NCBI GenBank assembly: GCA_039809245.1 | Contig: JBDHUP010000004.1 | Location: 12,599 to 76,598, forward strand | DNA from: Minisyncoccia bacterium | GTDB lineage: Bacteria; Patescibacteriota; Minisyncoccia; Phycocordibacterales; UBA9973 | Length of the DNA stretch: 64,000 nucleotides | Direction: 5' to 3' | Shown: piece after piece, positions 48,169 to 57,432 of the stretch | Layout of the letters: every line of letters starts with the position of its first letter | How positions within the stretch are numbered: position 1 is the stretch's first letter | Program-made: the position numbers and the translations under genes | Notes under the pieces: generated by a model | The model's database searches: none | What the model was told of the DNA's origin: nothing | The model's input: only the letters and a program-made list of their open reading frames with translations

Positions 48169-50991
48169 CTAGACGACTATGTTTATAAGCCTACCTTTGA
48201 CATATATGACCCTTTTGACCTCTTTGTCTTTAATCCAAGGAATTATAACCTCGTTTGCTAATGCCTCCTTCTTTATATCTTCTTCCCCTTTATCGCTCTC
48301 AACAGATATCTCGGTTCTAACTTTTCCATTAACTTGAATTACTAACTTTAAAGTATTGTCTACTATCTTGTCTTTATCCCATTTCGGCCAAGCTTGAAGG
48401 TGAATAGATTCTTTCTCTCCAATCAAGCTCCATAGCTCTTCAGTCATATGTGGAGCAAAAGGGGCGAGGAGTTTTAATAATAATTTGTATTCATCTTTCG
48501 CTATTGACTCTTGCTTATCCCATTCATTCAAAAGTATCATCATTTGAGATATTGAGGTGTTAAATTTATACTCTTCCATATCTTCACTTATCTTTTTTAT
48601 AGCTTTATGAATTAGAGAAGTCGTAGTTCCTTCAGATAATTTATCTTTAAATCTCCAAACACGCTCTAAGAATCTTCTAACTCCCACAACTCCATTAGGA
48701 TCCCAAGGATAGTTAACAGTTAGACCGTACGGGCCCATAAAGGCAAGATACATACGTACTGTATCAGCCCCAAGTAAATCCACTATCTCATCTGGGTTTA
48801 TGACGTTACCTTTCGATTTACTCATCTTGTTTCCATCAGGCCCAAGGATAAGACCTCTGTTTCGACGAACTTTGTAAGCTTCGTCGTCAGAAACTAGCTT
48901 TAAGTCATACATTGCCTTAACCCAAAATCTAGAATAAAGCAGATGCATTGTAGTATGCTCTGCCCCACCCATATATAGATCAATCGGCATCCATGCTTTC
49001 ATTCTTTCTTTTGAAGCAAATTCATCTTTATTTTTATTATCTAAATATCGATAGAAATACCAAGAAGAGTCGACAAATGTATCCATTGTCTCTACTTCTG
49101 GCTTCCATCCTTTGCCAAAAATTTTCTCTGTTCGATCAAAGAGCTCTTTACTTCGAGCAAGAGGTGAGGTTCCGTCTGGAGTATGATCGACATCTGTAGG
49201 AAGTATCCATGGTAAATGTTCATCCGGCACAGGGTGAACTTTCCCTTCCGGATCATAGACTATTGGAATCGGACAGCCCCAGTACCTCTGACGGCTAATC
49301 CCCCAGTCACGAAGCCGGTAAGTTTTTACAATTTTACCTCCTACAGCTTTTGTAATCTTCTCTCGAGCTTCTTCTGAATTTAAACCATTAAAATCTTTTG
49401 AATTTGTAAGGATGCCTTCTCCTGTAAACATATATTGTCCATTATTATCTATAAGAAGTAGAACAAATTCACCTTCTATGACTGAAAAGAAATTATTTAA
49501 CTCATCTCTAGTTTTCCAGACTACATCGTGAATAGCAGCTTCCTCTTCGCTTATGGGATCTTGCTCTTCATTTATCAAATCAAAAAATAAATAATTAAAT
49601 TTAGCTTCTCTATTTATCTCTTTCTTGCGATGAAAGAAAAAGCTATGTATAGCAACTTCAGGATTATTAACAAGTTTTAGATTCTTATATCCTGTCTCTT
49701 CATAAATTTCACGCAGTGCTCCTTCTACCATGTCTTCACCTTCTTCTATGCCGCCAGTTATCAACCCGTGCATCAATATATCTCTCCATACACTACATAA
49801 ATATTTTCCATCTTTAGGATTCCTTATAATCGCACAAACACAATTTCTACTTATAATTGGTAAATCTTTTTTAAGCGGGCTATCAGAAGAAAAGAATACT
49901 GGCTCGATAACTCTTTTAATTTCCAAATTATATTTCTTTGCGAATTCATAATCGCGTTCATCGTGTGCAGGGACGGCCATAACGGCACCTGTACCATAAC
50001 CAGAAAGTACGTAGTCGGCAATCCATATTGACACCTCTTCATTATTTATGGGGTTTATAGCTTTTAGACCTTTTACTTCTACTCCAGTTTTTTCTTTGGA
50101 TTGTTTACGATCGAGTTCGGATTTCTTTTTAGTATCATTAATATATTTCTCAACATCTTTGATGTTCTCAATTTTTGATTCTAAGCTTTTGATTAGGTCG
50201 TGTTCAGGGGCAAGAACTACATAAGTCACACCGTATATAGTATCGGCTCGAGTTGTGAAAACTTTAATACTTTCACTAGTATCTTTTATTTTAAAATCAA
50301 TTTCACTACCTTCGGTTCGGCCGATCCAGTTACGCTGAGCAGCTTTGATTTCATCGGGCCAAGCAAGTCCATCTAAGTCGTCGATAAGTCGATCTGCGTA
50401 CTTTGTAATGCGGATCATCCATTGTTCTTGGTTGCGTTGCTCTACTTCCTCTCCACAACGTTCACACTTACCATCTACAACTTGCTCATTTGCAAGGATA
50501 GTCTGATCTTTTGGACACCAGTTAACTTTCGTAATATCCCTATATACTAAGTCATTCTTTAAGAATTGGTTAAATAGCCATTGAGTCCATTTATAGTATT
50601 CAGGTTCACAAGACACAACTTCTCGATCCCAGTCAAAAGATGCCCCCATTGAACGGAGTTGTGCGCGCATTGTATCCATTTGAGTATGTGTCCAAACTTT
50701 TGGATCAGCTCCAAGCTTAATAGCAGCATTTTCAGCAGGAAGACCGAATGCGTCGAAACCCATAGGGTATAACACATTATACCCTTGCATCCTTTTGTAA
50801 CGAGCAAAGATATCTGGTACAGCGAAAGCATACCAGTGACCTACGTGTAAATTCCCAGAAGGATACGTGAACTCTACAAGTTGGTAGAAATTGTCCTTGC
50901 CTTCTACTTTATCTTCTACTTTATATAGAGCTTGATCTTCCCAAGTACTCTGCCATTTTTTTTCTATTTTTTTATGGTCGTAATTTTTCAT
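48169..50991 (-). CDS. leuS: leucyl-tRNA synthetase with inserted Nudix domain
   Basis: YPSGNLHVGH, GTGAVMAVPAHD, SRQRYWG, KMSKS; Nudix box GGIEEGEDMVEGALREIYEETGY. Confidence 0.95.
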   Translation of the reverse strand: MKNYDHKKIEKKWQSTWEDQALYKVEDKVEGKDNFYQLVEFTYPSGNLHVGHWYAFAVPDIFARYKRMQGYNVLYPMGFDAFGLPAENAAIKLGADPKVWTHTQMDTMRAQLRSMGASFDWDREVVSCEPEYYKWTQWLFNQFLKNDLVYRDITKVNWCPKDQTILANEQVVDGKCERCGEEVEQRNQEQWMIRITKYADRLIDDLDGLAWPDEIKAAQRNWIGRTEGSEIDFKIKDTSESIKVFTTRADTIYGVTYVVLAPEHDLIKSLESKIENIKDVEKYINDTKKKSELDRKQSKEKTGVEVKGLKAINPINNEEVSIWIADYVLSGYGTGAVMAVPAHDERDYEFAKKYNLEIKRVIEPVFFSSDSPLKKDLPIISRNCVCAIIRNPKDGKYLCSVWRDILMHGLITGGIEEGEDMVEGALREIYEETGYKNLKLVNNPEVAIHSFFFHRKKEINREAKFNYLFFDLINEEQDPISEEEAAIHDVVWKTRDELNNFFSVIEGEFVLLLIDNNGQYMFTGEGILTNSKDFNGLNSEEAREKITKAVGGKIVKTYRLRDWGISRQRYWGCPIPIVYDPEGKVHPVPDEHLPWILPTDVDHTPDGTSPLARSKELFDRTEKIFGKGWKPEVETMDTFVDSSWYFYRYLDNKNKDEFASKERMKAWMPIDLYMGGAEHTTMHLLYSRFWVKAMYDLKLVSDDEAYKVRRNRGLILGPDGNKMSKSKGNVINPDEIVDLLGADTVRMYLAFMGPYGLTVNYPWDPNGVVGVRRFLERVWRFKDKLSEGTTTSLIHKAIKKISEDMEEYKFNTSISQMMILLNEWDKQESIAKDEYKLLLKLLAPFAPHMTEELWSLIGEKESIHLQAWPKWDKDKIVDNTLKLVIQVNGKVRTEISVESDKGEEDIKKEALANEVIIPWIKDKEVKRVIYVKGRLINIVV

Positions 50992-51012
50992 TCCTATCGC
51001 GCGAGAGCGGTA

Positions 51013-51570
51013 CTATTTATTAAACTTCTTTACAGCAAGCCATATCAGCAAACCTAGTGCCAAAGCCAGTATGATGACTTTTGCTACATTATCAGCAAGT
51101 GACCAGTAACGAACAGAAGCAATAATTAGAGAGAGTACACCACCCCAAGCAAATGAAATAGATAAAATAAGTACAGACACAAATCCAGCAAGAACAAATA
51201 GTAAAACACCAAAAATAATAAGTGTTATAAATACTTTCTTTTCATAACTTGAATGGGCTTTGTCGTAATTTAATCTGTTTGTATAGTCAGTATCGCAATA
51301 CCCTTCTACTTTAGTCTGTCCTTTCTCTACTGGATAAGAATTTTCACTCCATTGTCCACCTATGCTTACACACTTTTCTTTTGTCTTTACTTCTTCCACC
51401 ACCTGCATTGGTTTTACATACGAGCTATATACAGGCTCTTTGTAAATAAGTGAAGCAGTGTAATTAGAGAACAAATTTAAAACAATAACAATAGCTATAA
51501 TAATTGAAACGTGAACAAATTTTGAAGTTTTTCTCTCAGGGGCCTGAGATTGTTGTATTGGTGTATCCAT
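51013..51570 (-). CDS. hypothetical membrane protein (start revised to ATG 51570)
   Basis: Four TM helices with a Cys-containing loop. Confidence 0.7.
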   Translation of the reverse strand: MDTPIQQSQAPERKTSKFVHVSIIIAIVIVLNLFSNYTASLIYKEPVYSSYVKPMQVVEEVKTKEKCVSIGGQWSENSYPVEKGQTKVEGYCDTDYTNRLNYDKAHSSYEKKVFITLIIFGVLLFVLAGFVSVLILSISFAWGGVLSLIIASVRYWSLADNVAKVIILALALGLLIWLAVKKFNK

Positions 51571-51615
51571 ACTATAGAGTATACCAAAAAGTAGTGTATA
51601 ATACACTCTATAATT

Positions 51616-52083
51616 ATGAAGCGTATAAGGCAAAAATCAAACGAAACTCTAGAGCGTATAGCTTACAAGGCCACCCGTTGGATTGGCTCTACTAACTCCA
51701 TACTTGTCCATACGGCATTTTTTATAGTGTCGTTTGTCTTATACTTTTATGGAGTGCCAATAGATAAGATTCTCCTAGTTGTCACGACTCTTGTGTCTCT
51801 TGAAGCTATATATCTATCGATATTTATACAGATGAGTATGAATCGCCAAGCTAGGCGTTTGCGTGAAGTTGCTCGTGATGTTGAAGAGATTCAAGAAGAT
51901 GTTGAAGAAATCGAAAAAGACGTGGATGAGATTCAGAAAGATGTGGATGAGATTCAAGAGGATGTCGAAGATATCCAAGAAGAAGATGAAGCCGAAGATA
52001 AAGAAGAAGATATCTCTCTAACTAAAATTCAGAATACCTTAGAGAAACTAATGAGTGAGATTAATGAGCTGAAGAAAAAGTAG
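51616..52083 (+). CDS. DUF1003-like membrane protein with acidic heptad repeats
   Basis: VSLEAIYLSIFIQMS followed by (D)V(E/D)EI(Q/E)(E/K) repeats. Confidence 0.75.
   Translation: MKRIRQKSNETLERIAYKATRWIGSTNSILVHTAFFIVSFVLYFYGVPIDKILLVVTTLVSLEAIYLSIFIQMSMNRQARRLREVARDVEEIQEDVEEIEKDVDEIQKDVDEIQEDVEDIQEEDEAEDKEEDISLTKIQNTLEKLMSEINELKKK
51877..51981 (+). repeat. five degenerate 21-nt tandem repeats (coding heptads)
   Basis: GATGTTGAAGAGATTCAAGAA-like units starting at 51877, 51898, 51919, 51940 and 51961. Confidence 0.8.
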
Positions 52084-52084
52084 G

Positions 52085-52660
52085 CTATACTTTAACAGCT
52101 CCTTGGCGTAAGACTATAATCTTATCGTTCTCATATTTAATCAAAGTAGATGGCTTTGATACTTTTGTACCCACACATACATAAGCATCTACAGAACTAC
52201 CGAAGTATTTCCTAGCTTCACTTCTCTTTTTCGCTGGAGGCATACCTTGCGGGTTTGCACTTGGCGCAACCATTGGACCCATTCTTTTTAATATATTAAA
52301 AAGATTTTTATTCCTTGGTCCTATCATTCGAAATGCTATAGCCTTCTTGCCTCTATGTAGATACTCAAATTTCTTATTAGGACAAGGTAGTATAACGCTT
52401 ATCTTGCCTGGCCATACACTTTCTAGGAATTTCTTTTGATCTGAAGTTAGCGTAATACTAAACTTTTTAAAATCATTAAAAGATGACACGAGTACTATGC
52501 AAGGTTTATCTTTATCGCGTCCGCGGATTTTGTATATTCTCTCAACCGCTTTCTTATCAAAAGCATTAGCGAGTAGTCCATACAAAGTATCAGTAGGAAC
52601 AAAAGCAACCCCACCTTTCTTGAGAGCTATTTCTGCTTTTTGCCAATCATTTAATTTCAT
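52085..52660 (-). CDS. tsaC: threonylcarbamoyl-AMP synthase (TsaC/Sua5 family)
   Basis: PTDTLYGL, WPG, APSANP, PSTL. Confidence 0.9.
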   Translation of the reverse strand: MKLNDWQKAEIALKKGGVAFVPTDTLYGLLANAFDKKAVERIYKIRGRDKDKPCIVLVSSFNDFKKFSITLTSDQKKFLESVWPGKISVILPCPNKKFEYLHRGKKAIAFRMIGPRNKNLFNILKRMGPMVAPSANPQGMPPAKKRSEARKYFGSSVDAYVCVGTKVSKPSTLIKYENDKIIVLRQGAVKV

Positions 52661-52982
52661 TTATTTTTGCCGCAACAATAAAATCGTTCTGTGAAAGTCC
52701 ACTTATCGCATGAGTTGAAAGAGTGATGTTTACTCTACCCCAACCAAGCTCTATATCAGGATGATGACCTTCACTCTCTGCAATATCCCCTACTTTATTT
52801 ACAAAAGAAAGCGCCTCTTTAAAATCTTTGAATTTAAATTCTTTATATATACTTTTTGCATCAGTCGAAAGAACCCAATCTTTCACATGGAATTCTATCA
52901 TCGCTTCGGCATCAATTTTGGTCATAGGGTCTACTCCTCCCTCACATGGTACACATTTTTGTTCTAGTAAATTCATAATCAA
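52647..52982 (-). CDS. pterin-4-alpha-carbinolamine dehydratase
   Basis: CVPCEGG, AESEGHHPD, THAISGLSQNDF. Confidence 0.92.
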   Translation of the reverse strand: MIMNLLEQKCVPCEGGVDPMTKIDAEAMIEFHVKDWVLSTDAKSIYKEFKFKDFKEALSFVNKVGDIAESEGHHPDIELGWGRVNITLSTHAISGLSQNDFIVAAKINEIK

Positions 52983-52983
52983 A

Positions 52984-54096
52984 TTATATCTTAAATTCTA
53001 TTACATCTCCATCTTTGACTATATACTCCTTGCCTTCAGTGCGGACTTTCCCCTTTGCTCGTGCTTCGCCATAACTTCCTGCATCAAGTAAATCTTTCCA
53101 GTAGACAACTTCGGCACGAATGAACTTATCTTTAAAGTCAGTATGTATAGCCATCCCTGCTACAGGTGCGGTAGAGTTGTGGACTATGGTCCAAGCTCGA
53201 GTCTCATCTTCCCCTGTTGTGAAGTATGTATCAAGGCCAAGAAGTTTGTATCCTTCGCTAATCAGATTATTGATACCATCATCTTCCCCACCAAGTTCTT
53301 TGCGGAACATTTCTTTCTCTTCGCCTTCGAAATCTTTCAACTCTTCTTCGACTTTCGCATCAAGCACTACGTATCGTGAACCAGTGCTTTCTATGTAGTC
53401 AGTAAGTTCTTTAAATATCTCAGGGTTCATAGTATCTAGGTTGTCTGATCCACCGCGCTTATTTAGCCCATATATGAATGGCTTGAATGTCAGTAAGTTT
53501 AGCATTTTTACTTTTTCCATTTCTTTTTCATTTAGATCACAAGAGTTCGCAAGCTTACCACTCTCAAGTGTTACTACTAGCTTCGCAAGTGCAGCATCTT
53601 CAATAATGGCCTCCTTATCATTTTTCTTTAAATCTTTCTGTATATTGTTTCTGCGTTTTACCACTGTCTCAAGGTCAGCGAGTATAAGCTCGAGATTTAT
53701 AACTTCTATATCACGAAGTGGATCTATATCACCATAGACGTGAACTACTTCGTTCCCTTTATGACTACCCAGCGGAAAGATGCGCACCATCTCAAGTATT
53801 GCATCGACTTCACGAATATTCGCCAAGAATTTATTCCCCAGTCCTTCGCCTTTTGAAGCACCGGCGACAAGCCCGGCGATATCTACGAACTCAATCACAG
53901 CAGGAATAGTTTTTGCAGATTTTGAGAATTCAGAAAGTTTCCAAAGTCGTGCATCAGGCACAGGCACAATCCCTACTGATGGATCAATAGTACAGAATGG
54001 GTAGTTCTCAGCTGGAACACCCTTCTTAGTAAGCGCATTAAAAAGCGTGGACTTACCCACGTTCGGCAACCCGACAATTCCGATAGATAGTGACAT
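52984..54096 (-). CDS. ychF: redox-regulated ATPase YchF
   Basis: GIVGLPNVGKSTLFNALT, DIAGLV, GEGLGNKFL, EGKEYIVKDGD. Confidence 0.97.
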   Translation of the reverse strand: MSLSIGIVGLPNVGKSTLFNALTKKGVPAENYPFCTIDPSVGIVPVPDARLWKLSEFSKSAKTIPAVIEFVDIAGLVAGASKGEGLGNKFLANIREVDAILEMVRIFPLGSHKGNEVVHVYGDIDPLRDIEVINLELILADLETVVKRRNNIQKDLKKNDKEAIIEDAALAKLVVTLESGKLANSCDLNEKEMEKVKMLNLLTFKPFIYGLNKRGGSDNLDTMNPEIFKELTDYIESTGSRYVVLDAKVEEELKDFEGEEKEMFRKELGGEDDGINNLISEGYKLLGLDTYFTTGEDETRAWTIVHNSTAPVAGMAIHTDFKDKFIRAEVVYWKDLLDAGSYGEARAKGKVRTEGKEYIVKDGDVIEFKI

Positions 54097-54097
54097 A

Positions 54098-54400
54098 TTA
54101 TTTCTGCATTAGGTTCATTAATGGGGCAAGCTCGTCACGATACTTCATAACTTCAGATTTATACTTACCCATCACAAGAACTGCTGCATACTGCTCATCG
54201 AGGCCTCCCTTTTTCTTCTCTTCGATTTCTTTTGTAATTTTATCGAAAAGAGCTTTCACTTCTTTGTTAGATTCTAGAGCCTTTAGACTATTGGCAAGTT
54301 CTGGATTCTCTGATAATTGCTGGCTTATTTTCTCAGCTTGATCTTTTGAAACACCCTTCATCTGTAGGGCTTTCTTCATTAAAAATGATTTGATTGACAT
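54098..54400 (-). CDS. hypothetical protein
   Basis: 100-aa helical ORF directly upstream of ychF. Confidence 0.7.
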   Translation of the reverse strand: MSIKSFLMKKALQMKGVSKDQAEKISQQLSENPELANSLKALESNKEVKALFDKITKEIEEKKKGGLDEQYAAVLVMGKYKSEVMKYRDELAPLMNLMQK

Positions 54401-54437
54401 GTAGCTACTATATCAAAAAAAATGCTACTATGCGAGC

Positions 54438-55313
54438 ATGAAAGCAAAGCCGAAAATCATTGTCGTTCTAGGGCAAACTTCCACTGGGAAGAGTGATTTC
54501 GCAGTAAAGATTGCAAAGAAAATAGATGGCGAAGTAATCTCGGCTGACTCTCGGCAAGTCTACAAAGGCATGGATTTAGGGACTGGGAAAATTACCAAGA
54601 AAGAAATGCGAGGTGTCCCCCATCATTTGCTAGATGTCGCCAACCCCAAGAAAGTATTCTCGGTTAGTGACTACAAAAAGCTCGCTGATAAAAAGATAAA
54701 AGAAATAATCGCCCGTGGTAAAGTGCCCATACTCTGCGGTGGCACAGGATTCTACATAGATGCAGTTATCAATGGAACAATCCTTCCCCAAGTCGCTCCG
54801 AACCCGAAGCTCCGCGCAACATTATCGAAGAAGTCACCAGAAGCTTTATTTAAAATACTTCTCAAGCTTGATCCGACTCGAGCAAAAAGTATCGACAAGC
54901 AGAACCCTGTCCGCCTTATCCGCGCCATAGAGATAGCGAAGGCTCTAGGCAAAGTTCCTAAAGTAAAACAAAGTATAAACTATGATGCACTCAAAATAGG
55001 TCTGACTCTGCCAGATGAAATATTAAAAAAGAAAATCTATACTAGGCTACTCGCGCGTATCAAGAAAGGAATGCTGAAAGAAATACAGAACCTGCATAAA
55101 AGTGGTGTATATTGGAAGCGAATGGAAGAGCTAGGGCTTGAATACAGATACGGAGCACTACACTTGCAAGGCAAAATGACAAAACAAGAAATGATAGAGA
55201 AAATAAATACCGAGACTTGGCACTACGCCAAACGCCAAAAAACTTGGTTCAAAAGAGATAAAGATATAGTTTGGGTAGATGCGATAAATACAAAAATAGA
55301 TTTAGATTTATGA
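54438..55313 (+). CDS. miaA: tRNA dimethylallyltransferase
   Basis: GQTSTGKS, ISADSRQVY, GGTGFY, YAKRQKTWF. Confidence 0.96.
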   Translation: MKAKPKIIVVLGQTSTGKSDFAVKIAKKIDGEVISADSRQVYKGMDLGTGKITKKEMRGVPHHLLDVANPKKVFSVSDYKKLADKKIKEIIARGKVPILCGGTGFYIDAVINGTILPQVAPNPKLRATLSKKSPEALFKILLKLDPTRAKSIDKQNPVRLIRAIEIAKALGKVPKVKQSINYDALKIGLTLPDEILKKKIYTRLLARIKKGMLKEIQNLHKSGVYWKRMEELGLEYRYGALHLQGKMTKQEMIEKINTETWHYAKRQKTWFKRDKDIVWVDAINTKIDLDL

Positions 55314-55391
55314 ATAAAAATTATAGAAATCTGGAATAAAAAAAGAGCCAAAAAAATCTGACCCTTTTATTGAACACACCCCCTATTAAAG

Positions 55392-55586
55392 TTATTTATT
55401 TCTCAACACTATGTTGAGAGATGAATCCATTTGTGACAATATTCGCAATTGAACATCATACAAACTATCAGTTTTAGCTTCCCAATAAGACGAGGTATCT
55501 TCTTTGTTAGAAGAATGGCTAATCTTATTAACTGAAAAGTTAAAAATTAAGAGAGTTAATAAAAAACAAATCATCATTATTTTCAT
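55392..55586 (-). CDS. small hypothetical secreted protein (start revised to ATG 55586)
   Basis: Signal-like N-terminus; TTGACA upstream at about 55697. Confidence 0.45.
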   Translation of the reverse strand: MKIMMICFLLTLLIFNFSVNKISHSSNKEDTSSYWEAKTDSLYDVQLRILSQMDSSLNIVLRNK

Positions 55587-55842
55587 TTTGGTAGTTTTTA
55601 GCTGAACGGAAGAGACTATTAATCTCGCCTGTTCAGCCAAAAACACACCACAAAAAACTATTATTACTAATATAACATAATTATACCTATTTGTCAATCT
55701 CTGAGGGCGATGGAAGGTAATCTCGCTGACGGCGCGTGATTGGTGGTTTTGTAGCTAAAACAACACCAATCTTTCGATTCCTCCACACGAGTAAAGCAGT
55801 TTACTCGCTATCGCCCAAAACAGCAAAAGCTGTTTTTCACTG

Positions 55843-55913
55843 CGGGCGATGGAGGAATCGAACCCCCGCCAACGGTTTTGGAGACCGTTGTACTACCACT
55901 ATACTAATCGCCC
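55843..55913 (-). tRNA. tRNA-Trp(CCA)
   Basis: GGGCGAT/ATCGCCC acceptor, anticodon loop CTCCAAA, GGTTCGATTCC. Confidence 0.93.
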
Positions 55914-55982
55914 AATAGGGCTAGTATACACTTTTTGACCACATTTTCAATATAAAAACACCCTATATTTAGGGTGTTTTTA

Positions 55983-56147
55983 TTATCCAGTTAATTTTGC
56001 TTCTTTGTGCTTTGTGTTCTTCTTGCAAGTCTTGCAGAATTTTTTAAGCTCAATCTTTTTAGTTACGAGTTTTTTATTCTTACTTGTATAGTAATTGCCG
56101 TTCTTGCAGACGGTGCATTTAAGTTTTAACAATCGGTCTTGTGACAT
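55983..56147 (-). CDS. rpmG: 50S ribosomal protein L33 (54 aa, not in ORF track)
   Basis: MSQDRLLKLKCTVCKNGNYYTSKNKK...IELKKFCKTCKKNTKHKEAK, two CxxC motifs. Confidence 0.93.
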   Translation of the reverse strand: MSQDRLLKLKCTVCKNGNYYTSKNKKLVTKKIELKKFCKTCKKNTKHKEAKLTG

Positions 56148-56185
56148 AGTGGGTATAGGATACTATAAAAGCCTCTAAAATGCAA

Positions 56186-57319
56186 CTATTTTATGATCCT
56201 AGGTAGAAGTGGGTTTATTCGAGTCGTAACCTCATAGTTAATAGTTTGTGTTTTGTTAGCTATATCCTCAGAGGTTATAGTTTCACCCTTCTGGGAGCCC
56301 AGTATTACTACCTCATCTTCAGGTTTTACGCCCTTTATATGGCTTACATCTACTACGAACATATTCATAGCTACACGCCCCAAAATAGGTGCATTCTTCC
56401 CTTTTATTAAGACAGAGCCATTGTTTGAAGAGAGTCTGTTTACTCCGTTTGAATACCCTTGTGGGATGACAGCTATCATCATATTCTTTCTTGTTGTAAA
56501 TGAAGTCCCGTAGCCGATAGATTCACCGACTGGGATTTCTTTCACTTGAGCCACATGAGTGACATAGCGCATCACAGGCTTGAGCTCTATCTTCTTCTGC
56601 CACATTTTCTTCAAATTCTCACTTGGCCACATACCATAGAGTCCGACACCGACGCGGACAATAGCGTTGTATCCATTCCACTTCTCATAAGCGAGCACTC
56701 CAGAAGTTGCCGACATATGAGTCTTAATATTTTTGAATCCATTCTCTCTGAATAACTTTACGGCTTCTTCGTAAGCCTTGATCTGCTTTGACGCATAAGT
56801 GAAGTCAGTCGTATCTTCGATGTTCGCAAAGTGCGCATAGATTCCATCTACACTTATATTCTTCATCTTCTTTATTTCTTTTATGAAAGTCGCCACTTGC
56901 GAAGGAAGAATCCCCTCACGACCCAAGTGCGCATCGATACTGACATGCACTTTCTGCTTCACTCCTAATTTCCGAGCACTTTCATTTATAAGTAGTGCGT
57001 GGTGTAGATCAAACACAGTTAAAATACATCCGAGCTTTATGGCTTCTTTTATATCGCTCTTGCCTACGTAACCAAGAAGAAGTATCGGCTTCTTAGTAAC
57101 TTGTCGGACTTTCTCTAATTCTTCCACACTGTTTATCTGAAAATAATCTACATATGGAGCAAGAATCTTCACTACTTCCAAGTCACCGTGACCGTAAGCA
57201 TTAGCTTTCACCACTCCTGCAATCTTTGTCCCTCTTTTCACAATACGTCGAAACTGCTTGATATTATGGATCAGATTTTTCTTACTTAATTCTATATATG
57301 ATAATGGAAGACTTTTCAT
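56186..57319 (-). CDS. alr: alanine racemase (start revised to ATG 57319)
   Basis: VVKANAYGHG PLP motif, IGYG, GRVAMN, TINYEV. Confidence 0.95.
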   Translation of the reverse strand: MKSLPLSYIELSKKNLIHNIKQFRRIVKRGTKIAGVVKANAYGHGDLEVVKILAPYVDYFQINSVEELEKVRQVTKKPILLLGYVGKSDIKEAIKLGCILTVFDLHHALLINESARKLGVKQKVHVSIDAHLGREGILPSQVATFIKEIKKMKNISVDGIYAHFANIEDTTDFTYASKQIKAYEEAVKLFRENGFKNIKTHMSATSGVLAYEKWNGYNAIVRVGVGLYGMWPSENLKKMWQKKIELKPVMRYVTHVAQVKEIPVGESIGYGTSFTTRKNMMIAVIPQGYSNGVNRLSSNNGSVLIKGKNAPILGRVAMNMFVVDVSHIKGVKPEDEVVILGSQKGETITSEDIANKTQTINYEVTTRINPLLPRIIK

Positions 57320-57321
57320 TG

Positions 57322-57403
57322 TGCCGGAGGAGAGACTTGAACTCTCATCCCTTGCGAGACGCGATTTTGAGTCGCGCGCGTATACCAATTCCGCCACTCC
57401 GGC
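57322..57403 (-). tRNA. tRNA-Leu(CAA)
   Basis: GCCGGAG/CTCCGGC acceptor, anticodon loop CTCAAAA, long variable arm, GTTCAAGTC. Confidence 0.93.
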
Positions 57404-57432
57404 ATACAAGAAATATACCTCAACTTAAGAAT

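Noticed and set aside
54438-55913. UGA recoding (genetic code 25) as in Gracilibacteria/Absconditabacteria
   Set aside because: Conserved genes are full length under code 11, and miaA and rsmH end in TGA at expected positions
57320-57409. 30-aa N-terminal extension of Alr in the ORF track
   Set aside because: It is a translation of the tRNA-Leu gene; Alr-like sequence starts at ATG 57319
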